Virus record (IMG/VR): IMGVR_UViG_3300046012_000437
Coordinates: 1 to 31,505 of that record
DNA from: a virus
Taxonomy: Duplodnaviria > Caudoviricetes
Direction: 5' to 3' (one strand)
Length of the DNA stretch: 31,505 nucleotides
The notes below the pieces were generated by a model. That model made no database searches. It worked only from the letters and a program-made list of their open reading frames with translations, and was not told the origin of the DNA. This document shows positions 16,501-21,241 of this stretch, piece after piece; within the stretch, counting starts at the first letter, position 1; each line of letters opens with the position of its first letter. The position numbers and the translations under genes are program-made.

Positions 16501-17336
16501 AAAAGAAATACGGGGAAAACGTTTTCAGCGGCCCGAAGCACACGGTCGATAAGTCGCACAAGTACCCGGACAAGTACATCGTCAAGACACCGAGCGGTGA
16601 GGTGGTCAAGAACCCCGGCAGTTCGATCTCGATGAAGTTCGACACGCAGGCCGAAGCCGAAGCGAAAGCAAAAGAATTCGACAACCAAATTAAGAAACCA
16701 ACTGCAGCCCCCGTCGTCGAAGAAGACAAGTCAGAAAAAATCAAAAGCGAGTTGTCTAAGAAAATTTCCAATTGGTCATCGATGAGTGATGATGATAAAG
16801 CAAGCTTAGCTGATCTCGCATCGTTTACGAGCAGTTCTGCTGCGTCCAGTTGTCTTTCGGAAGCGGCGGATAAACTTCCCATCAAAAATGCCCCGAATCT
16901 CAGTGCAGCGAAAGCCGCTCACATCTATGCCTATACTGGCAGTGCTTACGCTAAGACAAATAAACAACTCCGAAGCAATGAGCTTGATGAAAACACCTAC
17001 AACCACGTCAAGCAATTGAACGACGCACTCGCCGCATTGCCGAAGCACACCGAGGTTACCACTCGAGGTACCGATTTCGAAGTCGATGAACTCAAGAAAT
17101 GGCAACCTGGTAAGATTGTCGCTGACCACGGGTTCATGAGCACGACCAAGAAATCGGAGCCCAGTTTTGGTGGAAACGTTAGCCTGACCATTCATGGCAA
17201 ATCAGGTCGTGACATCAGCGGACTGTCCGGACACCCTGGCGAGAAGGAAGTGTTGTTCCCGTCGGGTACCAGGTTCAAGGTTGTGTCGCGCACACAGAGC
17301 GGCGGCAAAGCGCATATCACTATTCAAGAGGTTTGA
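13542..17336 (+). CDS. DUF1073-type portal protein fused to two ADP-ribosyltransferase modules
   Basis: First ~490 aa portal-like (FLGYPYLSQLAQVPEYR, LKPAYAFGGLS, LLGITPSGLNASSEGEIR, FKFEPLW); then an acidic linker and two R-S-E ART domains. Confidence 0.9.
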   Translation: MRKRKVKNDPMPELKVVSTGTRRKVSDRVVERSRVKTDKAENAFVIPQFPKSALPPGVKSADKHPLAMDSQIIEVNAWAAQSMYAGAFNNGATFLGYPYLSQLAQVPEYRKIVETTAMHMTRKFISLQSIGDKEGADKADKIKAINDDLENFRVRDVFRHAAEVDGYFGRAHLYIDLGEPVDKKELTYTIGNGRDAISRLKVEKGTLKGFKIIEPVWTYPSSYNSNNPLTGDWYNPQSWFVLGKELHVTRCLRMVGHEVPDLLKPAYAFGGLSMTQMAKPYVDNWLRTRQAVADTVWSFSVSGVSTDLATIMQGQGDELFARAELFNNLRNNRGLMMLNKDTEEFFQVNTPLGTLDKLQAQAQEHMASVSSIPLVFLLGITPSGLNASSEGEIRVFYDFIESYQNKFFKEPLTRVIDFIQLNRWGEIDPEITFKFEPLWSMTDKELAEVDKMEAETDDLRINGGVISPLEARVRLAHSPETPYAELDVTVIPIAPGSQDMNDDGIIEPGEEEPIGGEGLDPGKPSDGGGVDDKPHKWDEEGNPFAADNAFAWDFEESKHPRGQPKNAGQFAKGVSGSKVTPAIRPTYAATANHGYGSQVTKNGMRHKGFSEESAAENYAKTMNEASQEDHDQMLKNHYADNMRRNFEGLGIQHFDKFDPKEQEKLLNLEHLEPDFQGMNFNAAKSSPLVLDKTLTPTEGAIIAAYTGAEWKKTNRALRKGKIDTHSNEFAQNLNDALEKIPPFKGTTHRVVKFGPKELEGLMPGATLTDRGFFSTSKDNNMKSKGIKGNVTMEIHGTTGRDISSLSHSKYEEEVLYPANSRFEVVSRNDASDGKIHVVLKQLSGNQAHDEAHFEESKHPRGQPGNAGQFGPGGGKSSSSAAASVHKHAESLMKKTAGISGKYRQGIQNILKANPELPGHIKIGLKMKLIESYSLKSAQLEKNGDPKAKAVAMKAAKLAKALGTSTPIVKPSDVSFSKPDPASPEELKKKYGENVFSGPKHTVDKSHKYPDKYIVKTPSGEVVKNPGSSISMKFDTQAEAEAKAKEFDNQIKKPTAAPVVEEDKSEKIKSELSKKISNWSSMSDDDKASLADLASFTSSSAASSCLSEAADKLPIKNAPNLSAAKAAHIYAYTGSAYAKTNKQLRSNELDENTYNHVKQLNDALAALPKHTEVTTRGTDFEVDELKKWQPGKIVADHGFMSTTKKSEPSFGGNVSLTIHGKSGRDISGLSGHPGEKEVLFPSGTRFKVVSRTQSGGKAHITIQEV
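15201..15251 (+). repeat. peptide tag copy 1, FEESKHPRGQPKNAGQF
   Basis: Near-identical at protein level to 16098-16148; related to 21895-21936. Confidence 0.9.
15620..16065 (+). other. ADP-ribosyltransferase domain 1 (VIP2/C3-like, ARTC class)
   Basis: AYTG...NRALR, THR, FFSTS, GRDIS, YEEEVLYP...RFEV; boundaries approximate. Confidence 0.88.
16098..16148 (+). repeat. peptide tag copy 2, FEESKHPRGQPGNAGQF
   Basis: 16 of 17 residues identical to copy 1, with many synonymous codon differences. Confidence 0.9.
16900..17333 (+). other. ADP-ribosyltransferase domain 2 (VIP2/C3-like, ARTC class)
   Basis: AYTG...NKQLR, TTRG, FMSTT, GRDIS, GEKEVLFP...RFKV; boundaries approximate. Confidence 0.88.
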
Positions 17337-17339
17337 TCG

Positions 17340-17504
17340 ATGCCGAAGCAAAAGACACTCGAGGAACGTTGGAAGGAAGAAGGTGAAGGTCTTCACGTGG
17401 TCGATGAAGATGATCCGTTCTTAGAAAGCGACGATGATCTCGAGTTGGACGAAGACGATGGTGATGATGAAGATGCTGGATCTTCATCTGACGAAGACGA
17501 TTGA
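17340..17504 (+). CDS. very acidic 54-aa protein directly after the ART-bearing portal
   Basis: GAGG 8 nt before ATG; MPKQKTLEERWKEEGEGLHVVDEDDPFLESDDDLELDEDDGDDEDAGSSSDEDD; not in the ORF track. Confidence 0.7.
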   Translation: MPKQKTLEERWKEEGEGLHVVDEDDPFLESDDDLELDEDDGDDEDAGSSSDEDD

Positions 17505-17514
17505 GGAACACACC

Positions 17515-17811
17515 GTGGGCGAGATCAACAAATTTGCCGAGACCGCTGATCGTTTCAAGCGTTTCAAAGCCAAGCGTGAAGAGCGCTTGGACGACATCAA
17601 CAAGGCACTCGATGCTCACGAGCCAAAAGAAGATGAAGTGTTTCGCAAATATGAAGGCGCCGTGGAAGAATTTGCTGATCAGTTGAAGCAATTCGAGACG
17701 GATACTCTGGCCATGCGCAACGCCATCGATGACGACAAAGGAGGCGAAACCGACAGTACGGTGACCAAGTTTCCAGAAACTGGTACGCAAGTTAAAGTCG
17801 GCACAGGCTAG
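17515..17811 (+). CDS. coiled-coil hypothetical protein
   Basis: GAGGA RBS then GTG 17515 (MGEINKFAE...). Confidence 0.65.
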   Translation: MGEINKFAETADRFKRFKAKREERLDDINKALDAHEPKEDEVFRKYEGAVEEFADQLKQFETDTLAMRNAIDDDKGGETDSTVTKFPETGTQVKVGTG

Positions 17812-17812
17812 C

Positions 17813-18022
17813 GTGCAAAAGGCGTTACCCGAGCGAGCCATCGATGTCGCTTTCATCGATCATGTTGGGAAATTATTCGAGACGTTCTGTGCAGACATCA
17901 AGATGGCGCGCAGTTCCAAGAGCACAATCGACCACGCCCGCAAGCAATTCGCCGAAGCGTTTCAGTTAGCCGTCACGACTCACACCGAGATGATTAACCA
18001 CCTGAGCCAATGCCCGCTGTAA
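17813..18022 (+). CDS. hypothetical protein
   Basis: 69-aa ORF filling the gap before the MuF gene. Confidence 0.55.
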   Translation: MQKALPERAIDVAFIDHVGKLFETFCADIKMARSSKSTIDHARKQFAEAFQLAVTTHTEMINHLSQCPL

Positions 18023-19611
18023 AAGAAAAGGTCCTGCGTCCTGTGCATCCCAACGTCGGGGTGGAGATGGAATATCGGCGTCGGTTGATTCGCATGATCG
18101 AGCAGATGCACAACTCGGTGATGTATTGGGTTGAGTCGCGATATCGCAACAATGAGCCATCGATTTCGATGGATGCAACACCGGCAGTCCAATTGCGCTT
18201 GACGATCAACAAACTCAAGAAACAATGGCTTGCGCGTTTCAATCAGGCGTCGCGCGACCTCGCCGAATTTTTTGCGCAAGATGTGTCGGATCGTTCTGAT
18301 GCTCAGCTGAAGGCAATACTCAAAAAAGGCGGCATCTCAGTCAAGTGGCGTATGACCGCAGCCCAGCGTGACATCATGCAGGCGACTGTGGAAGCCAACG
18401 TGTCTTTGATCAAGTCGATCCCGCAGGAATACCTCAAGAACGTCGAAGGCGCAGTCATGCGCTCCGTTCAGACCGGTCGAGATCTCGGCGCATTGAGCAA
18501 AGAACTTCAGAAAAAATTTGGCGTGACGAAGCGCAAGGCCGCGCTTATATCGCGAGATCAAAACAATAAAGCTACGTCCGCGTTCCAGCGTGCGCGTCAA
18601 CAGGAGCTCGGGATCACCGAGGCTGTGTGGATGCATTCACACGCTGGCAAAGAACCTCGCAAAACCCACGTCGCCATGAACGGCAAGAAATACAACGTCG
18701 CCGAAGGCATGTGGGATGATGACGAGAAAACTTACGTGTGGCCGGGTCAGCTGATCAATTGCTTTCCAGGATCATCTCAAATCCAATTCGCTAATGGCGT
18801 GGAAAAAGCTTATCGTCGTAGGTACTGCGGTGAGTTGACCGAGATTATTACGGACTCTGGTAAATCGCTTAGAGCTACATCGAATCACCCAATCCTTACT
18901 CCTGATGGGTGGAAAACTATTAGCTCGCTTAACGAAGGTGATTATGTCGTCGAGATTGCCGATGACGTCTTCCGACCGATCATGTCGAAAGACAATGTTG
19001 ATGACGCAGTACCCCTTCTTTCTGAGATATTTGAATCGATCAAAAAGTCTGGGACCCGTCGGCTTGAAGTTGGAACTACTGACCAATTCCACCGCGATGG
19101 TTCCAATAGCGATGTCGATGTTGTATTTGCCGCAAGGTTTTTGAGTTTCGGTTTCAAACCCACATTGTCGCAGCGCTTCATCAACTTCTTGTTCGCAATG
19201 CCCGATAATGCGATACTTAGCATTCGCTTTGTTAATCAATTCTTGTCTCGATGCTTTCGAGCCACGTCTAGCCTTGTTAGCCGATTGTGCGAGTCTTTTA
19301 CGACCTTGAACCCCCTCGCGTTTCATACGAACACAGTTAGCTTCACTACCGTTTCTGACTTTACCGCCGGCCGCGATAATACGTCGAACGATAGCATGCC
19401 TCGCAATGGCGTGAATCTTGGACAACCTGAGTATACTTATCCCGTTCTCATGTTTCCTACGAAGAAGTCTCGCGTCGTTCATATCAATAATGCCGCGTTT
19501 GATGGCCATGTTTACAATCTCCAAACAAAAGACAATTGGTATATAACACAGGGGGTTGTAGTTCACAATTGCCGCTGCACTTCCCGCAGCGTCGTACCGG
19601 GGTTCTCATGA
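18010..19611 (+). CDS. head morphogenesis protein (Mu gpF/SPP1 gp7 family), intein-containing
   Basis: NVSLIKSIP, RKAALISRDQNNK, WMHS...PRKTH; splicing restores the PGQLINCRC signature (263-aa spliced product). Confidence 0.92.
   Translation: MPAVKEKVLRPVHPNVGVEMEYRRRLIRMIEQMHNSVMYWVESRYRNNEPSISMDATPAVQLRLTINKLKKQWLARFNQASRDLAEFFAQDVSDRSDAQLKAILKKGGISVKWRMTAAQRDIMQATVEANVSLIKSIPQEYLKNVEGAVMRSVQTGRDLGALSKELQKKFGVTKRKAALISRDQNNKATSAFQRARQQELGITEAVWMHSHAGKEPRKTHVAMNGKKYNVAEGMWDDDEKTYVWPGQLINCFPGSSQIQFANGVEKAYRRRYCGELTEIITDSGKSLRATSNHPILTPDGWKTISSLNEGDYVVEIADDVFRPIMSKDNVDDAVPLLSEIFESIKKSGTRRLEVGTTDQFHRDGSNSDVDVVFAARFLSFGFKPTLSQRFINFLFAMPDNAILSIRFVNQFLSRCFRATSSLVSRLCESFTTLNPLAFHTNTVSFTTVSDFTAGRDNTSNDSMPRNGVNLGQPEYTYPVLMFPTKKSRVVHINNAAFDGHVYNLQTKDNWYITQGVVVHNCRCTSRSVVPGFS
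18760..19569 (+). mobile_element. intein (270 aa)
   Basis: Block A CFPGSSQIQ, block B ATSNHPILTPDGW, block F GHVYNLQT...WY, block G VVHN followed by C+1; inserted between N and CRC. Confidence 0.93.
18772..19509 (-). CDS. antisense HTH plus DUF559/Vsr-like PD-(D/E)xK endonuclease nested in the intein
   Basis: GGAG-N9-ATG; HTH-like GISILRLSKIHAIARHAIVRRIIAAGGKVR; nuclease EQEVDEALRQCG...QKPCGKYNIDIA...IAVE...DRFKYLRKKGYCVI. Confidence 0.8.
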   Translation of the reverse strand: MAIKRGIIDMNDARLLRRKHENGISILRLSKIHAIARHAIVRRIIAAGGKVRNGSEANCVRMKREGVQGRKRLAQSANKARRGSKASRQELINKANAKYRIIGHCEQEVDEALRQCGFETETQKPCGKYNIDIAIGTIAVELVSSSNFKPTGPRLFDRFKYLRKKGYCVINIVFRHDRSEDVIGNLDDIITFVKRANSFPPIRSKDWVIRCSSKRFTRVRNNLGQLTAVPTTISFFHAISELDLR

Positions 19612-19679
19612 TGTACGGTTGCATTGTCCCAGTTTCATTCATAATGTTTGTTGCCGCAGCGTTGTGGTGGTTCGTTTGA
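19608..19679 (+). CDS. membrane micro-peptide (23 aa)
   Basis: MMYGCIVPVSFIMFVAAALWWFV; ATGA and TGATG coupling at the two ends. Confidence 0.4.
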   Translation: MMYGCIVPVSFIMFVAAALWWFV

Positions 19680-20047
19680 TGGGCGCACTCAGCACAAAAC
19701 TTCGCAATGCCACTGGTCCCATTGATAAGAGAATCATGCACTGGTGCCCGGGATGCGACGAAGCGCATGGTATTCGAGTTGAAGGTGAAGGTCGTCCGAA
19801 GTGGACTTTCAACGGTAACTACGATAAACCGACGTTCTGGCCGTCTATCCGTTGCTTCACGACTCAGACGAAGGACGACGCGGGCAACACTTTACCATGT
19901 CCAATCGAACACACCACTTGCCATTATTTCATCAAGGAAGGCAAGATCGAGTTCTGCGGCGATAGTCCGCACGCGTTGAAAGGCCAGACGGTCGAATTGC
20001 CCGACTGGCCTTACGCGCCAGGAACCTATGGCGGCATTGACGATTGA
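19679..20047 (+). CDS. DUF6527-like Cys/His protein
   Basis: HWCPGC...H...WTFNG...PTF-x-PSI...CHYFI-x-x-G-x-I-x-FCGD. Confidence 0.7.
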   Translation: MGALSTKLRNATGPIDKRIMHWCPGCDEAHGIRVEGEGRPKWTFNGNYDKPTFWPSIRCFTTQTKDDAGNTLPCPIEHTTCHYFIKEGKIEFCGDSPHALKGQTVELPDWPYAPGTYGGIDD

Positions 20048-20056
20048 GGAGGATGC

Positions 20057-20215
20057 ATGATTACTATTCTACTGATCATTCTGATCATCGCGTTGTTGGG
20101 TGGTTTTACCGGTGTTGGAGGAGGACCGTTTTATGGGGGTGGTCCATATTTAGGCGGGGGACTTGGTCTGATCATTTTCGTCCTGATTATTCTTTTGTTG
20201 GTGGGACGAATTTGA
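20057..20215 (+). CDS. DUF3309-like small Gly-rich membrane protein (52 aa)
   Basis: GAGGAGG RBS; MITILLIILIIALLGGFTGVGGGPFYGGGPYLGGGLGLIIFVLIILLLVGRI; not in the ORF track. Confidence 0.8.
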   Translation: MITILLIILIIALLGGFTGVGGGPFYGGGPYLGGGLGLIIFVLIILLLVGRI

Positions 20216-20664
20216 GTCACCACTTTCATGTGCATCACCATCATGGGAACAACGAGCAATCCCATGATGATTTAATCGCGCTCGAGCAACGTCTTCTAGC
20301 AAGGATAAAAAACATGATTGATCCCGTAGTACAGGCCCTCTTGGACCAGGCCAAGAAGAACACTTCGTTCGAGAAATCGACACACCTTGGGTTTCAAGCA
20401 CTGTCGGCACAGGTCGAAACCCTGAGAGCTCAGATTTCTGCCGTTACCACCAATGGCACCATGACCGACGCGGAAAAGTCCGACATCAGCAACACCACCA
20501 GTGACCTGGCCAACTCGCTCGCAGCGTTGCAGACCGATGTCGGTGCGAATACGCAACCAACCGATCCGGCCGCTGGTACCGATCCAGGCGCCGTTGCTAC
20601 AGACCCGAACGCAGCGGGTACTGACCCGAATGCTCCTGCGGCCGATCCGAACGCGACCACCTAA
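20212..20664 (+). CDS. His-leader coiled-coil protein with C-terminal TDP repeats
   Basis: TTGA overlap; SHHFHVHHHHG N-terminus; an alternative start at MIDP is possible. Confidence 0.65.
   Translation: MSHHFHVHHHHGNNEQSHDDLIALEQRLLARIKNMIDPVVQALLDQAKKNTSFEKSTHLGFQALSAQVETLRAQISAVTTNGTMTDAEKSDISNTTSDLANSLAALQTDVGANTQPTDPAAGTDPGAVATDPNAAGTDPNAPAADPNATT
20560..20660 (+). repeat. tandem 6-7 aa (T/A)DPxAxx repeat, 5 copies
   Basis: TDPAAG-TDPGAVA-TDPNAAG-TDPNAPA-ADPNATT. Confidence 0.8.
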
Positions 20665-20672
20665 ACTTTTAT

Positions 20673-20699
20673 GGGGCGGTCATCACCACCGCCCCCTTT
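20673..20699 (+). terminator. intrinsic terminator-like hairpin
   Basis: GGGGCGGT-CATCACC-ACCGCCCC followed by a short T run. Confidence 0.55.
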
Positions 20700-20712
20700 A
20701 GGAAATTTTGAG

Positions 20713-20790
20713 ATGGTTTTACTCGGGTGTTTCATAGGCGTTTACATTTTCTTCTCGGTAATCGCGTCATTGTTCGGGGTGGGGTTATGA
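20713..20790 (+). CDS. membrane micro-peptide (25 aa)
   Basis: MVLLGCFIGVYIFFSVIASLFGVGL; ATGA overlap with the next ORF. Confidence 0.4.
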   Translation: MVLLGCFIGVYIFFSVIASLFGVGL

Positions 20791-20957
20791 GGATATTTCT
20801 CGTGATGATCATGTTGGTTGGGCATCATGCGGCACTTGCTGCTGATAAGCACATTCCGAAAATCCGTCACAAAATCTACAAGAAAGTCGTCGTCATTGGC
20901 AAGACGGCGTTGCCCAAAGACGATGATAAACTCGCTCGACCGGCGGGAATGCCGTGA
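20787..20957 (+). CDS. small protein with signal-peptide-like start
   Basis: MRIFLVMIMLVGHHAALAA then a basic segment. Confidence 0.45.
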   Translation: MRIFLVMIMLVGHHAALAADKHIPKIRHKIYKKVVVIGKTALPKDDDKLARPAGMP

Positions 20958-21241
20958 ACGAGTACGCCGCTCTTCCCGTACTTCAGGAAATGCCGCGAGA
21001 GGGTGTTTGTCTGAGAAATTTGGATGGCGCTTACTATCGTATTAGCGGCGAACATGCCCAGGTGGTTGTGATTGGTCCCATGCATTTTACACCGGGTGAA
21101 TATCTTGACGCGTTGAATGAATTAACTGAGGACTATTTTCGACTGTATCACTCCGACTTCATGGGAACACCAAATCAAGATATCCATGAATTAGTGTTGC
21201 GACGCGGCTTCGTCAACTTGATGGCTGTTCGAGGATGTTAG
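20954..21241 (+). CDS. hypothetical protein
   Basis: GTGA overlap; 95 aa. Confidence 0.55.
   Translation: MNEYAALPVLQEMPREGVCLRNLDGAYYRISGEHAQVVVIGPMHFTPGEYLDALNELTEDYFRLYHSDFMGTPNQDIHELVLRRGFVNLMAVRGC

Noticed and set aside
17434-17514. N-terminal part of the track's 17434-17811 ORF
   Set aside because: It is an alternative frame of the acidic 54-aa gene; the RBS supports GTG 17515.
18960-19490. In-frame LAGLIDADG or HNH endonuclease in the intein
   Set aside because: No such motifs in the sense translation.
20044-20211. N-terminal part of the track's 20044-20664 ORF
   Set aside because: Overlaps the much more convincing DUF3309-like ORF in another frame.
20560-20660. Possible CRISPR-like or DNA-level repeat array
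   Set aside because: Degenerate in-frame coding repeat with no spacers.
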